Below are positions 39,857 through 50,251 of a stretch of 64,000 nucleotides of DNA, one piece after another. Made by a program: the position numbers and the translations under genes. Within the stretch, counting starts at the first letter, position 1, and every line of letters starts with the position of its first letter. Below the pieces are notes generated by a model. The model was not told the origin of the DNA and made no database searches. It saw nothing but the letters and a program-made list of their open reading frames with translations. Source of the stretch: Candidatus Hecatella orcuttiae (GTDB lineage Archaea; Thermoproteota; Bathyarchaeia; Hecatellales; Hecatellaceae); contig MTLY02000002.1 of assembly GCA_002011035.2 (NCBI GenBank), positions 224,001 to 288,000 of the forward strand. The letters are read 5' to 3'.

Positions 39857-40359
39857 AGCTGATAGTCAGTCATGATAGGTTTACCGCAGGAGGAACACGG
39901 TTTCCCAACCGCGGGCACTTGGATGGGAAAGTTTGCCTTGAAATTACGCATGAGAGCCGCAACGCCGGAGCTGTAGGTGGTCTTTACCGAGGCGCCGCCC
40001 CCTTTCACTTCCGTTAGCTCGAAGGTAGCCTCCCCTTGACCGCCCACTCTAACCTTATAAAGTCTTGGGGGAATGGATTCCAAGACTTCGAATTTCGGCG
40101 AGGCCTTTCCTCCTAAGAAGAAACTGCGAGTGCTGGGCTGCGCTCCTTGGATTTCCCATTCCCTTGTTTTCTTGACGATGGCATCGTAGGCTTCTTGCAA
40201 AGTATAAGGAGTAAACCACACGTCGGTTATTTGAGGCCCTCTCTGAGCGGCTCCTCGAGACTGCATCAGCATCATCATAACGCAGCATAGAAGTAATGGT
40301 AGAAACAGGAGAAAACTGGAATACTCTGCCAAAGGTATAACCTTCATAAAGTAGTCCAC
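39814..40359 (-). CDS. Membrane-anchored protein with C-terminal zinc ribbon
   Basis: N-terminal TM; CSSCG...CPYCG. Confidence 0.65.
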   Translation of the reverse strand: MDYFMKVIPLAEYSSFLLFLPLLLCCVMMMLMQSRGAAQRGPQITDVWFTPYTLQEAYDAIVKKTREWEIQGAQPSTRSFFLGGKASPKFEVLESIPPRLYKVRVGGQGEATFELTEVKGGGASVKTTYSSGVAALMRNFKANFPIQVPAVGKPCSSCGKPIMTDYQLCPYCGKSQTEACG

Positions 40360-40518
40360 CCTAAGCTTAAATAAGTTTCTGATCAGAAAGAGAAGCTTAA
40401 CCTAGCTATCCTTTATCTTCCCTTAAAAAAAGGTCTACTCAGCCGTTTCACGCAAACTCAAATACGTCCTAGTCCTAAAACTCTATTAGGAAATCCCGCT
40501 CAGACCCGCTGGTGCATC

Positions 40519-41202
40519 ATGGTGAAGTTGAAGCCTGAAGAGGAAAGAAGACGGCTGGTAGAAGCACTCCAAGCCTATGGAGCCCTTCGCAGCCCTAAGG
40601 TTATCAGAGCTATGCTCAAGGTTCCGAGAGAGATGTTCGTTTTGGAAAGCATGAAAGACAGAGCCTACGATGATACACCCCTGCCCATCCTATCAGGCCA
40701 GACCATATCAGCCCCCCACATGGTGGCCATGATGAGTGAACTTCTGGAATTGGAGGCGGGCCACAGAGTTTTAGAGGTGGGAGCGGGAAGCGGATACCAC
40801 GCTGCCGTAGTAGCTGAGATTATAGCCCCGGAGGAAGCTGAAAACAAAGGCCACGTCTACACCGTGGAGATCCTTCCTGAACTGGTTAGGTTTGCGTCGG
40901 AAAACTTGGAGAAAACTTCCTACGCTAAGGTTGTAACGGTTATCCAAGGCGATGGCTCCCGCGGATTACCCAGTCACGCTCCCTTCGACCGCATCTTCGT
41001 CACAGCCTCAGCGCCCTCTGTGCCCCCGCCCTTGGTGGAGCAACTTAAACCAGGAGGCATTCTTGTGATCCCAGTGGGCGGCGCCTATATATCTCAAACC
41101 CTCCGAACGGTGAAGAAAAGGCAGGATGGACAGGTTGAATCTTCCGACCTGATGGGTGTGGCCTTCGTTCCTTTGAGGGGTGAGTACGGATGGAAAAGCT
41201 AA
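40519..41202 (+). CDS. pcm: Protein-L-isoaspartate O-methyltransferase
   Basis: GQTISAPHMVA, VLEVGAGSGY, APFDRIFVTA, VAFVPL. Confidence 0.95.
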   Translation: MVKLKPEEERRRLVEALQAYGALRSPKVIRAMLKVPREMFVLESMKDRAYDDTPLPILSGQTISAPHMVAMMSELLELEAGHRVLEVGAGSGYHAAVVAEIIAPEEAENKGHVYTVEILPELVRFASENLEKTSYAKVVTVIQGDGSRGLPSHAPFDRIFVTASAPSVPPPLVEQLKPGGILVIPVGGAYISQTLRTVKKRQDGQVESSDLMGVAFVPLRGEYGWKS

Positions 41203-41217
41203 AGCTCAAAGAGGCGG

Positions 41218-41640
41218 TTGGAGATGTCTGAAGACAAGTTGGTGGGTATTGAAGCTTTCGAAGGCGGTTGGGCTCACAAAAAATTTCTGGACCGCGCCCT
41301 AAAGGAAAGAGCTAAAATTCTCGCTCGCATCAGCCGGGAGGAGGCAGGCAAGTTAGCGGAGGCTGTGGGAGGGAGGCTTACGGAGCTCCTGGAGGAGGCT
41401 GCGGAGTGGGTTATAGTCGTCAGCCCTCTGCCGAAACTGGAGGTTTATTATGTCCTCAAACGTTACGCTCCCGAGTTTGAGGATGTGCTTCAGGCTTTTT
41501 ATAGGAGAAAAGACTTGGAGCTGAGCCTTCCGGCTGAAGATATATCCGAGTTCACCGTTCTCTACGCCAATGCTCTGATCTACGCTGCTAGGCAAATTTT
41601 GGGGAAAGATGATCTGCCCCATCTTTCACGGTACCTTTAA
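41218..41640 (+). CDS. Hypothetical protein
   Basis: 140-aa ORF with GAGG RBS filling the pcm-fen gap; no motif recognised. Confidence 0.6.
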   Translation: MEMSEDKLVGIEAFEGGWAHKKFLDRALKERAKILARISREEAGKLAEAVGGRLTELLEEAAEWVIVVSPLPKLEVYYVLKRYAPEFEDVLQAFYRRKDLELSLPAEDISEFTVLYANALIYAARQILGKDDLPHLSRYL

Positions 41641-41641
41641 A

Positions 41642-42682
41642 CTATGAAAACCATGTGTCTAAGGTTTTCTTTCCTTTGAGTTCCGTGAAGCCTGCTTCCA
41701 GTTTTCCTAGGGCAGTTCTGACTCTTTCTTCGGAGAAGTCTCTTTCCCCGCAGAGAAATCTGACCGCTCCTTCCACGTCGGGGGGCTTCCATTCGATTTT
41801 AAAGTCGTCGGTAACTTCGGGTTGGAGAAATATGGCGGCGATCTCCTCCCAATTCTCCGGTAGAGCGAGGTTTCTTTCTTGGAAGTAGGAGACCGCTCTC
41901 CCCAGTTCCCCGTATTCCTTTATCAGCTTTAAGGCTGTCTTAGGGCCGATGCCCTTCACGCCTTCAGGGTTGAAGTCGGTGCCGATTAAAATTCCTATGT
42001 CCACCAGCTGCCGGCGTGTAATCCCAAGCTCGGCCAGCAGCTGGCCTAATTCGATAACCTCCGGATTTACCTCCACGTAAGTTTTCTTCCGAGGAAGTTT
42101 TCTGCGGCCTGTGATAGCTAAGTTACGGACCAGCCTAGGAGCCCCGAAAAGCAGAGAGTCGTAGTCTTGGCTTGCGGTCGCCCACACATGGCCTTTCAGG
42201 GCGAGGTAGGCAGCTTGAGCTTCTCCCTCCGAGGGAGCTTGAACCCACGGCACTCCCATGAGGGTGAGAAGAGCCTTAGCGTCCTCCACCATGTAGTCCT
42301 TAAGCTGGGAAGTCATCTGAGCGTAAATCCGCGCCTCCTCCAGCTCCCCTTTTTTCAAGGCTTCCTCATATTTTTCTTCAGCCTGAACCTTCACCAAAGC
42401 CCGCCGCTGGATTTCCCTACTCTTCAAAGAAGGGGGTGTCCCATCGAAGACATAAACCAACTTCAGCCCTTTCTCCGCCAAGTTCGAGCTTCGATACAAG
42501 ATTCCGCTGAGGTGACTGGTCACATGGCCCCGTCGGTCCGTTAAAAGCTCACCTGTGGATTGGCGGATGATGGACAGAAACTGGTATAGGGCATTGTAAG
42601 CGTCCACAGCCACACTTTTTCCGCTCAACTCCTCGAGGCTGAGGACTTTGCGGGGAACTAGGTCCTTCAAGTCTACTCCCAA
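41642..42682 (-). CDS. fen: Flap endonuclease 1
   Basis: MGVDL, DAYNALYQFL, APSEGEAQAA, SQDYD, GTDFN, terminal PIP-like KKTLDTWF. Confidence 0.97.
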   Translation of the reverse strand: MGVDLKDLVPRKVLSLEELSGKSVAVDAYNALYQFLSIIRQSTGELLTDRRGHVTSHLSGILYRSSNLAEKGLKLVYVFDGTPPSLKSREIQRRALVKVQAEEKYEEALKKGELEEARIYAQMTSQLKDYMVEDAKALLTLMGVPWVQAPSEGEAQAAYLALKGHVWATASQDYDSLLFGAPRLVRNLAITGRRKLPRKKTYVEVNPEVIELGQLLAELGITRRQLVDIGILIGTDFNPEGVKGIGPKTALKLIKEYGELGRAVSYFQERNLALPENWEEIAAIFLQPEVTDDFKIEWKPPDVEGAVRFLCGERDFSEERVRTALGKLEAGFTELKGKKTLDTWFS

Positions 42683-42711
42683 GTTTTCCTCCCCTAAGTT
42701 GCCCGCTTTAG

Positions 42712-42951
42712 CTACGTTTTTCGTAGTTCGATTTTTTTCCTGCCTCTGGGAGCTGTGGAAACGTGGATGAGGCCCCGTATTTCCAGCTGAAAGAGCGCCT
42801 TGTTAAGTGTGGAAGCTGAAAGGGTGTCGTCTCCGTCTTTTCTCAGGTTTCTTAAGAGCTCCTCATCGGTGCAGGGACCGGAGACCTTTAGGCTTTCGAT
42901 CACCCGCGCGTGGAGAGGGAGGGACCGCCAAATCTTGCTCATCTGAGACAT
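42712..42951 (-). CDS. Small winged-helix protein
   Basis: 79 aa; TDEELLRNL...LNKALFQLEIRGLIHV wHTH pattern; between cdc48 and fen. Confidence 0.6.
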   Translation of the reverse strand: MSQMSKIWRSLPLHARVIESLKVSGPCTDEELLRNLRKDGDDTLSASTLNKALFQLEIRGLIHVSTAPRGRKKIELRKT

Positions 42952-42996
42952 CTCTGAAGATGAGGGTTAAATTTGAAGGGTGGTGAAGCTGCTGGT

Positions 42997-45177
42997 TTAA
43001 GTTATTGGGGAAGGCGTCAGAGGCTTTTCGACTTTCTTGAAGGTTGCAGCGAAGCTTTCGTAGAATTTCTCCATTTCAGGAGTGATGCTGGGCCCTACCT
43101 TGTTGAAGGCTTCCCGGAAGTCTTCCATCTTAACCTCCTTAGTGGCGAGGTTTTTCCTGAGGGCGTTCAAGCCGGCTTCCCGGCATACAGCTTCGATGTC
43201 AGCTCCGCTGTAGCCTTTGGCCATGGAGGCCAGTTCCTCTAGGCTTACTTGTTTGCTTAAAGGCATCTTAGCGGTGTAGATACGGAAGATTTGAAGCCTA
43301 GCTTTCTCGTCGGGGGCGGGGACGTAGATGAGCCTGTCAAACCGGCCGGGTCTGAGGACAGCGGGGTCTAGGATGTCAGGTCTGTTGGAGGCAGCCAGCA
43401 CGATGATGTTTTCTAAACCGGCTACTCCGTCCATCTCCGTCAACAGCTGGCTTATCACCCGCTCGGAGACCCCTTGATCAGCGTAGCCCATACCCCTTCG
43501 CGGAACGATGGCGTCGAATTCGTCGAAGAAGACTACAGCCGGAGAGGCCATCTTTGCCTTCCGGAAAACTTCCCGAATGGCCTTCTCAGACTCTCCAACC
43601 CACTTGCTGAAGATTTCAGGCCCCTTGATGGAAATGAAGTTAGCTTCACTCTCCGTGGCCACAGCCTTGGCCAGCAGCGTCTTACCGCAACCCGGAGGCC
43701 CGTGGAGAAGGATACCTTTGGTAGGCTTGATTCCGATTTTTTCGAAAGCTTGCGGATATTTAATAGGCCACTCCACGGCCTCCCTCAACTCTGCTTTAAC
43801 CTTCTCTAAGCCCCCTATGTCCTCCCAGCGGATGTTGGGAATCTCCACGTAGACCTCTCTCATTGCCGTAGGAGTGATCTCCCGGTAGGCAGCGAGGAAA
43901 TCGTCCATCTTGATTTCCATGGATTGAAGAATATGAGGCGGAATGTGCTCCTCTTCCACGTTGATATCCGGCAGGTAGCGGCGGAGAGCTTTCATGGCGG
44001 CTTCCCGGCAAAGCGCAGCGATGTCCGCTCCCGTGTAGCCGTGACTCATATCGGCCAGCTTCTTAAGGTCCACATCTTGGGCTAGAGGCATTCCCCTCGT
44101 GTGGATGAGAAGGATCTCATACCGCCCATCCTTGTCGGGAACACCTATTTCGATCTCCCTGTCAAACCGGCCGGGTCTCCGAAGAGCAGGGTCTACGATG
44201 TTGGGAACGTTGGTGGCACCGATGACGATGACGTTACCCCGAGCTTGGAGGCCGTCGAGGAGGGCGAGCAACTGGGCTACAACTCTTTTTTCCACTTCGC
44301 CTACTACCTCCTCCCGTTTGGGGGCGATGGCGTCGATTTCGTCGATGAAAATGATGGAGGGCACGTTCTCCTGGGCTTTCTGGAAGATTTCCCTCAGCCT
44401 AGCCTCAGACTCCCCGTAAAACTTGCTCATGATCTCCGGGCCGTTGATGTTGATAAAGTAGGCGTGGGCTTCGTTGGCCACAGCCTTGGCCAGCAGCGTC
44501 TTACCGCAACCCGGAGGCCCGTGGAGAAGAACCCCTTTAGGCGGGTCGATGCCCAGTCTCTGGAAAAGCTCCGGATGTCTGAGGGGCAGCTCTACCATCT
44601 CCCTGATCCTTTGGACTTCTTCGTGAAGGCCTCCGATGTCTTCGTAGGTCACTCTGGGGATTCCTTTCTTCTCAGGGCTGGGTTCGCTGAGGACTTGGAA
44701 GTTGGAGGAGGCTGAAACCCTGACGATGCCGCTGGGCCGTGTTCTAACCACGGTGAAGGGCATGGCGTTCCCGAAAACCGAGAGAAGGACTATGTCCCCC
44801 TCCACCAGAGGCATCTCCAGCAGCCTCGACCTGACGAAGTTGGTAAAGTCAGAGTCAAACTCAATTCTCACGTCCACCGGAGCTAAGGTTACGGTGTGAG
44901 CGTTTTGAACATGGGCTTTCCTGACGGTTAGGTAATCGTTGAGGGACACGCTGGCATTCCTTCGGATGAGACCGTCGATGCGGATGATGTCCAAGCCTTG
45001 ATCTTCAGGGTAAGCCGGCCAAGCTATGGCGGCGGTGGTTTTCTTACCGCGGATTTCCAAGATGTCCCCTGCCATGACATTAAGCTGGTCCATGGTTTTC
45101 TGGCTTATCCGAGCTTTACCCCTTCCTACATCCCTTTGCTTAGCTTCCGCAACCTTCAACTGAACCTCAGCCGGCAT
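42997..45177 (-). CDS. cdc48: CDC48/VCP (VAT) AAA+ ATPase
   Basis: N-domain plus two AAA modules (GPPGCGKT twice; FIDEID/FFDEFD; RPGRFDR twice). Confidence 0.97.
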   Translation of the reverse strand: MPAEVQLKVAEAKQRDVGRGKARISQKTMDQLNVMAGDILEIRGKKTTAAIAWPAYPEDQGLDIIRIDGLIRRNASVSLNDYLTVRKAHVQNAHTVTLAPVDVRIEFDSDFTNFVRSRLLEMPLVEGDIVLLSVFGNAMPFTVVRTRPSGIVRVSASSNFQVLSEPSPEKKGIPRVTYEDIGGLHEEVQRIREMVELPLRHPELFQRLGIDPPKGVLLHGPPGCGKTLLAKAVANEAHAYFININGPEIMSKFYGESEARLREIFQKAQENVPSIIFIDEIDAIAPKREEVVGEVEKRVVAQLLALLDGLQARGNVIVIGATNVPNIVDPALRRPGRFDREIEIGVPDKDGRYEILLIHTRGMPLAQDVDLKKLADMSHGYTGADIAALCREAAMKALRRYLPDINVEEEHIPPHILQSMEIKMDDFLAAYREITPTAMREVYVEIPNIRWEDIGGLEKVKAELREAVEWPIKYPQAFEKIGIKPTKGILLHGPPGCGKTLLAKAVATESEANFISIKGPEIFSKWVGESEKAIREVFRKAKMASPAVVFFDEFDAIVPRRGMGYADQGVSERVISQLLTEMDGVAGLENIIVLAASNRPDILDPAVLRPGRFDRLIYVPAPDEKARLQIFRIYTAKMPLSKQVSLEELASMAKGYSGADIEAVCREAGLNALRKNLATKEVKMEDFREAFNKVGPSITPEMEKFYESFAATFKKVEKPLTPSPIT
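43656..44529. repeat. Perfect 55-bp direct repeat (43656-43710 and 44475-44529) in the cdc48 D2/D1 Walker A regions
   Basis: TGGCCACAGCCTTGGCCAGCAGCGTCTTACCGCAACCCGGAGGCCCGTGGAGAAG is identical at both sites; a second 21-bp identity at 43333-43353/44158-44178. Confidence 0.95.
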
Positions 45178-45322
45178 TTTCCTCCTTCACCAGCCTCCAT
45201 TTATCGGAGCTTATAGGCATATTTCAACTGCTGAGTGATTCAATTAACCACCTATACTATAAACTTTTATGAAAACATGGGCTAAACCCTTTCTATTGCC
45301 AGCTTTTCCGCCTTCTTCCCCA

Positions 45323-46396
45323 TCAGAAGTGCGCGAAACACCTCTCCCCCGTGAAGACCATGGCGATGCCATATTGATCGCATGCATCAACCACCTCTTG
45401 ATCCCTAACCGAACCCCCCGGCTGTATGACGGCTGAAACATCGTACTTGGCAATGAGGTCTATGGAGTCCCTGAAGGGGAGAAAACCGTCAGAGGCGAGA
45501 ACAGACCCTCTGAGACTTTCCGCATGCCATTTTAAAGCCTTATCGACGGCTATCTTGACGGCGGTAACCCTATCTTGCTGGCCGGCTCCCACCGAGACTG
45601 TACATCCGTCTTTAGCGAGGACGATGCCGTTTGACCTCACATTGGCGCAAACATACCAAGCGAAAAGCATGTCCTCAAACTCCCGTTCAGTAGGCGTTCT
45701 CCTTGTTACAGGTTGTAAGTCGTCTTTTCTCCTTATTTTTGTGGTGTAGGGATCTGAAACTACAATCGACCCGTCGCCTAAAACGGAAAGACACAGATAG
45801 CCTGTTTCTCCACCTGCAAACTTCGGCAAGCAGTCTAGGTTCGCAATTTGAACTACCCTCATGTTCCTTTTTTCTCCAAACTTCTCCACAGCTCCCTGTT
45901 CATATCTAGGGGCAACTACTCCTTCAACAAAAGTGCTTACAATTTCTCCCGCAGTATCCCCGTCAACCGGACAGTTGAAGCCTACGATGCTGCCGAAGGC
46001 TGCTTGGCTGTCGCTGTCTCTCGCTCGGAGGTAAACTTCTCGCAAGGTGTCGTTTTTCCTGGCCACCGCCACCCCGGTGGGGTTCAAATGCTTCATGACA
46101 GCGCAGGCGGGAGCGTCAAAGTATTTCAGTATGTTTAAAGCCCTGTCCATATCTTCTACATTAGTCTGGCTGAGGCCTTGTTTTCCTGTTTTCAGTTCTT
46201 TCAGGTTTCCCATAACCGCCTTTTTCCCAGCGGGACTGTAGAGAGCTGCCTGCTGATGAGGGTTAACTCCGTATCGGAGGCTTTGGCGTTTTTCGTAAAC
46301 CAACTCCTTGTCGCCTAGGAAAATTCTGAACTGCTGAGGAAGCTTCTCAGGCAAAGCCGTGTGATATATATCCCTCAACTTTGACATGTCAACCAC
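45323..46396 (-). CDS. purH: PurH C-terminal (AICAR transformylase-like) standalone protein
   Basis: LRYGVNPHQ, KHLNPTG, SNGIV, GAGQQDRV, ASDGFLPFRD, IQPGGSVRD, RCFAHF. Confidence 0.88.
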   Translation of the reverse strand: MVDMSKLRDIYHTALPEKLPQQFRIFLGDKELVYEKRQSLRYGVNPHQQAALYSPAGKKAVMGNLKELKTGKQGLSQTNVEDMDRALNILKYFDAPACAVMKHLNPTGVAVARKNDTLREVYLRARDSDSQAAFGSIVGFNCPVDGDTAGEIVSTFVEGVVAPRYEQGAVEKFGEKRNMRVVQIANLDCLPKFAGGETGYLCLSVLGDGSIVVSDPYTTKIRRKDDLQPVTRRTPTEREFEDMLFAWYVCANVRSNGIVLAKDGCTVSVGAGQQDRVTAVKIAVDKALKWHAESLRGSVLASDGFLPFRDSIDLIAKYDVSAVIQPGGSVRDQEVVDACDQYGIAMVFTGERCFAHF

Positions 46397-46983
46397 CTTT
46401 CCAGATAGTTTTTTATCGCAACCTCATAGTGGGCTGTTTTTACAAAGGCTTTCACAGCCATTTTTCTTTTGGTTTCAAGGCTAATGCTGCCGCCTGTTTT
46501 TTCCATCTCCTCCGCAATCTCCCCGTACTGTTCAGGTTCAACAACAACAGTAACCGTACCGTGTAAAAGAGAAGCTTTGGCCGCAGCCCTTATCATCGCA
46601 GGTCCACCGATGTCGATGTTTTCCACCACCTCCCGGAAAAGCGCTGTCTTTTCAGCTGCAGTTTTTTCAAAGGGATATAGGTTTACAACAAGCAGATCGA
46701 TAGGTTGAATTCCTTGTGCGGCCATGTATTCGCGGTGTTGTGATCGACTCGGGTCCAGCAACAGGCCGCCGTGGATTTTAGGGTGCAGCGTTTTCAGCAA
46801 GCCATCGGGGCTCTCAGGATAGCCTGTATACGTGGAGATTTCTGCGGCTTCATAGCCGAGTTCCCTGATTTTCCTCGCGGTTCCGCCTGAGGAGATTATT
46901 TCGAAACCATGTTTGGCCAAGGTTTCCAAAAGCATTTTCAGCCCAGTCTTGTTTGAGACACTTATCAAAGCTCGCCTTGCCAA
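46375..46983 (-). CDS. purH: PurH N-terminal IMP cyclohydrolase (MGS-like) standalone protein
   Basis: RALISVSNK, SSGGT, KTLHPKIHGGLL, VNLYPF, NIDIGGPAMIRAAAK. Confidence 0.88.
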   Translation of the reverse strand: MARRALISVSNKTGLKMLLETLAKHGFEIISSGGTARKIRELGYEAAEISTYTGYPESPDGLLKTLHPKIHGGLLLDPSRSQHREYMAAQGIQPIDLLVVNLYPFEKTAAEKTALFREVVENIDIGGPAMIRAAAKASLLHGTVTVVVEPEQYGEIAEEMEKTGGSISLETKRKMAVKAFVKTAHYEVAIKNYLERWLTCQS

Positions 46984-47099
46984 CGAATACTCACCAGAAC
47001 AGCTCCCTGTCTCATTTATTCATCCTAATTCATAAATACTTCTCAGCTGAGAGAGATCGTTTACGGAAAGCCTGCATCATAGCTTAGGTTTGGTGAAAG

Positions 47100-47753
47100 A
47101 TGGTTAAGGCTAGGGTTGTTTCCTTCGACGTGGAAGGTACAATAGTGACACCGAGCTTCAGCGACTACGTTTGGCTGGAAGCGATACCTCGTCTCTACGC
47201 TCGAAACCGCGGTATCAGTTTTCAAGAAGCCAAAGCGTTCATCACCAAAGAATATGAAAAAGTGGGAATGGATAAGCCGGAATGGTATGATATTGCTTAC
47301 TGGTTTAAGCGTTTCAATCTAGAAAACTTCCAATCCATCTTGGAAGACTCCTTTCACCGCTTGGCCTATTATCCGGAGGTGAAAGAGGTTTTGGAAGGTC
47401 TCCGCGGAGACGGATACAGGCTCATAATTATATCTAATTCCTCTAGGGAATTTCTACGCTTTCAGATAAAGGAGCTAGAAGACTATTTCGACCAAGTGTT
47501 TTCAACGACTTCCGATTTTGCTCAGACAAAACACCATGCAGAGCTCTACTCCAGAATCTACAGCCTGACAGGAGTGACTCCTCAGCAAGCGGTGCATGTG
47601 GGGGACCGTTTGGACTCTGATTTTCACCCACCTAGAAAAGCCGGCGCCATAGCCTACCACTTGGACAGAAGCGGCAGAAACCGGGGAGAATACGTGGTGC
47701 GGGATCTGGTGGAGTTTAGGGAAAAACTCAACCGGTTTGACGGTTGTAGATAA
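47100..47753 (+). CDS. HAD-superfamily hydrolase
   Basis: FDVEGT motif I, ISNS, HVGD...D. Confidence 0.88.
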   Translation: MVKARVVSFDVEGTIVTPSFSDYVWLEAIPRLYARNRGISFQEAKAFITKEYEKVGMDKPEWYDIAYWFKRFNLENFQSILEDSFHRLAYYPEVKEVLEGLRGDGYRLIIISNSSREFLRFQIKELEDYFDQVFSTTSDFAQTKHHAELYSRIYSLTGVTPQQAVHVGDRLDSDFHPPRKAGAIAYHLDRSGRNRGEYVVRDLVEFREKLNRFDGCR

Positions 47754-47754
47754 A

Positions 47755-48024
47755 TTAGATTCGCCTCACCAAGAAAACTTCAGCCTCCCCCACGCCCTCT
47801 GTCTTTTTCACGGCCTCCTCCACTTTTTCCATTTCGCCGGCTTCGTCTTCTGGGAAGACGACGTGGGCTATGAGGGAAACGAGGCCGAAGGCAATGGGCT
47901 CCTCCTCAAATCTGTGAACGTAGGCTTCTTTGGGGAGATTACTCTTGATAGCCTCCTTTAAATCGGCTAGGTTCACATCAGCGTCGGCTGGAAAAATTTT
48001 AAAAGAAGCCACAACCTTGCTCAT
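47755..48024 (-). CDS. ef1b: Translation elongation factor 1-beta
   Basis: KIFPADADVNL, EEPIAFGLVSL. Confidence 0.93.
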   Translation of the reverse strand: MSKVVASFKIFPADADVNLADLKEAIKSNLPKEAYVHRFEEEPIAFGLVSLIAHVVFPEDEAGEMEKVEEAVKKTEGVGEAEVFLVRRI

Positions 48025-48041
48025 GGGAACCTTTCACCCTC

Positions 48042-48218
48042 CTATGGTCCTACGAAGCCGCATTTAGGGCATTTGTAGGGTCTGCCGAATTTTCTGCATC
48101 TTTCACAGCGGGTGATGGTTACTCCCCCGCAGTTGGGACATGGAAATTTGACGAAATATTCAGTGGGAATGATGGTCTTACCGCACCAGATGCAGGTGGG
48201 AACTTTCAGTTCGCTCAT
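48042..48218 (-). CDS. Small Zn-ribbon RNA-binding protein (DUF1610/HVO_2753 type), 58 aa
   Basis: Manually translated, below ORF cutoff: MSELKVPTCIWCG...FPCPNCG...RCERCRKFGRPYKCPKCGFVGP; typical position upstream of ef1b. Confidence 0.9.
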   Translation of the reverse strand: MSELKVPTCIWCGKTIIPTEYFVKFPCPNCGGVTITRCERCRKFGRPYKCPKCGFVGP

Positions 48219-48364
48219 GACCGTTCACGGCTCTCCATCACTCTGACGAACATGGAATGAAGGAGGAAAAGAACCGACCCCCTATATATAGTTGCCTTAA
48301 CGCGAAGGAAAGACTAAAAACCCAAGATAGGCTGAGAAGATACCACCGTCTTGGAGGGTCAGCT

Positions 48365-48739
48365 GTGAGCGAGCAGCCAAGGGAGTTCAGCTACACTCAG
48401 AACATCGTTATCCGAGCAGACCTTAAAATATCCAAGGGAAAGCTCTGCGGTCAAGCAGCCCACGCAGCGGTCTCCGCGTCGGAGGAAGCCAAGAAACATC
48501 ATGGCGAATGGTGGAAGGCTTGGATGAAAGAAGGGCAGAGGAAAGTCATTCTGAAGGTTGACTCCTTGGAGGAACTCTACCGGTTGAAGGAAAAGGCAGC
48601 CCAGCTGGGTTTACCTTGGGCGCTGGTGGAGGACCGAGGGCTCACGGAGGTTCCGCCAGGCACTGTGACCTGCCTAGGAATAGGCCCTGCTCCTGTAAGC
48701 CTAGTAGACAAGGTAACACGAGAGTTAGCGCTCCTCTGA
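48365..48739 (+). CDS. pth2: Peptidyl-tRNA hydrolase 2
   Basis: [47 protein letters not shown]; GTG 48365 with GGAGG RBS. Confidence 0.94.
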   Translation: MSEQPREFSYTQNIVIRADLKISKGKLCGQAAHAAVSASEEAKKHHGEWWKAWMKEGQRKVILKVDSLEELYRLKEKAAQLGLPWALVEDRGLTEVPPGTVTCLGIGPAPVSLVDKVTRELALL

Positions 48740-48761
48740 GGGGGGAGGGTCGAGTTTAAGG

Positions 48762-49451
48762 CTAGGCTTGAAGCCGGGCTTCTGGAGGGACATATCGCCC
48801 TCTAGCTTCGATTTCCTTCATCTTCCTCCAAACTTTTTGAGCTTCAGCTTCCCCCACCGTGTTCCTGTAGCCTTCGAAAACAGCTTCGACGCATTTCTTA
48901 GCCCATCTCAGGTGATGGCTTTCAAAAACTTGTTTGAGGAGGTGGAGATCAACCCCTCGGTCTTCCACGCTCTCTGAATGAAAACCCAGCCCGAAGTCTA
49001 CGAAAACCAAACGGCCTTCTGGGGGAAGAATGATATTGGAGGTAGTAAGGTCGCCGTGGATGAGGCCATGACTGTGAAGACGGCCTATATAGATTCCCAA
49101 CTGGAAGCATTTTCTCTCAACCTCCTCCGCGCCCATGTTTCTTTCCAGGAAATCCTTTAACCTCAATCCTTCCACATACTGCAGAACAAGCTCCGTCCTT
49201 TGATGGTCGACAAAATAGACGAGGGGAGTAGGCACTCCTGCAACCTTGGCTTCGTGGAGAAGCTTGGCTTCATGAACAGTCCTAGATTCTCTGATCTTCC
49301 AGTCCAACTCCTTGACCCTATAGGGTTTTCTTATCCTCCGCTTGAAGACAGCCGGGGAACCCATGAACTCCCCCAAGTAAAGATTAGCCTCAGCGCCCTT
49401 CTTCAAGAGCTTCAAAGCCAGTTTCGCCCCCACCAAACTCCTTGAAGCCAA
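48762..49451 (-). CDS. bud32: KEOPS kinase Bud32
   Basis: GAEA, KRRIRKPYR, HGDLTTSN, VDFGL, IEARGRY. Confidence 0.93.
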   Translation of the reverse strand: MASRSLVGAKLALKLLKKGAEANLYLGEFMGSPAVFKRRIRKPYRVKELDWKIRESRTVHEAKLLHEAKVAGVPTPLVYFVDHQRTELVLQYVEGLRLKDFLERNMGAEEVERKCFQLGIYIGRLHSHGLIHGDLTTSNIILPPEGRLVFVDFGLGFHSESVEDRGVDLHLLKQVFESHHLRWAKKCVEAVFEGYRNTVGEAEAQKVWRKMKEIEARGRYVPPEARLQA

Positions 49452-49793
49452 GGATTTCCCTCTCTCCTAGAGCATCTCCGACAGTCTCCATGAAGATGCT
49501 GGAACACATAAGGCCTCGGTTAAAATCTGTTCTGCAACTGGAGTTATAGGTTTTATTGATCACCATTCATTTTTAATCGCTAGGCTACGTAAGAAGCAGC
49601 CTTGCAGGGATAAAGGCGATGTTCTTTCTAAAAAGTCGGAAAACCGGCTTCCAACTTTCTTAATTCGCTGAGAATGCTTCTTCCAATGTTTTAATAAATT
49701 TAATAAAGCATAAATCCTCCCAAGACTCATAAAGAGTCAATTTCACGGGGAGCTATCTTTCCAGTTACTTGTCCTTATCCTAAGAGGGCTAAC

Positions 49794-50123
49794 ATGATGA
49801 CGTTTAAAAATTATGATGATGCAAGCAGTGAAATTCTCATGCAATGCATTCATCGAGCCCTCTCAGACCTTCTGGGAAACAGCGGCGCTAAGGCTATTTT
49901 TTACCATTTAGATATAGATGAAAAAATGGTTAATTTGAACACTTTCACGGAGAAGCTGAGGCAGATTTTCGGCATAGGAGCACGCATACTGGAAGAGCGC
50001 ATTGTAAGCACCCTCAGCCATGAACTTGGAGTTCGACCTCCTAGGCGGGATCTTGAATTTGGAGAGAAAGTTCAGAAAGTTTTAGACGCGGGGCTTAAGA
50101 AAAAGAAGAAAAGAAAATCATAA
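49794..50123 (+). CDS. Hypothetical protein (DUF3227-like small helical protein)
   Basis: IHRALSDLLGNSGAKAIFYHL...FGIGARILEERI; flanked by AT-rich DNA. Confidence 0.55.
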   Translation: MMTFKNYDDASSEILMQCIHRALSDLLGNSGAKAIFYHLDIDEKMVNLNTFTEKLRQIFGIGARILEERIVSTLSHELGVRPPRRDLEFGEKVQKVLDAGLKKKKKRKS

Positions 50124-50251
50124 AATGCAAATTTATTTAGTTTAATTCATCAAGCCGTAAACTTTTGTTCAAAAACATTTTAACGCATTACTAAATTTTT
50201 GGATATAAAAAATCGGTGGGAAAATTTATCTTTCTAGATCAAGGCTCTTGC

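Noticed and set aside
46375-46396. Programmed frameshift or pseudogenisation of purH
   Set aside because: The second ORF has its own RBS, ATG and N-terminal extension; both halves retain catalytic motifs; no slippery heptamer seen
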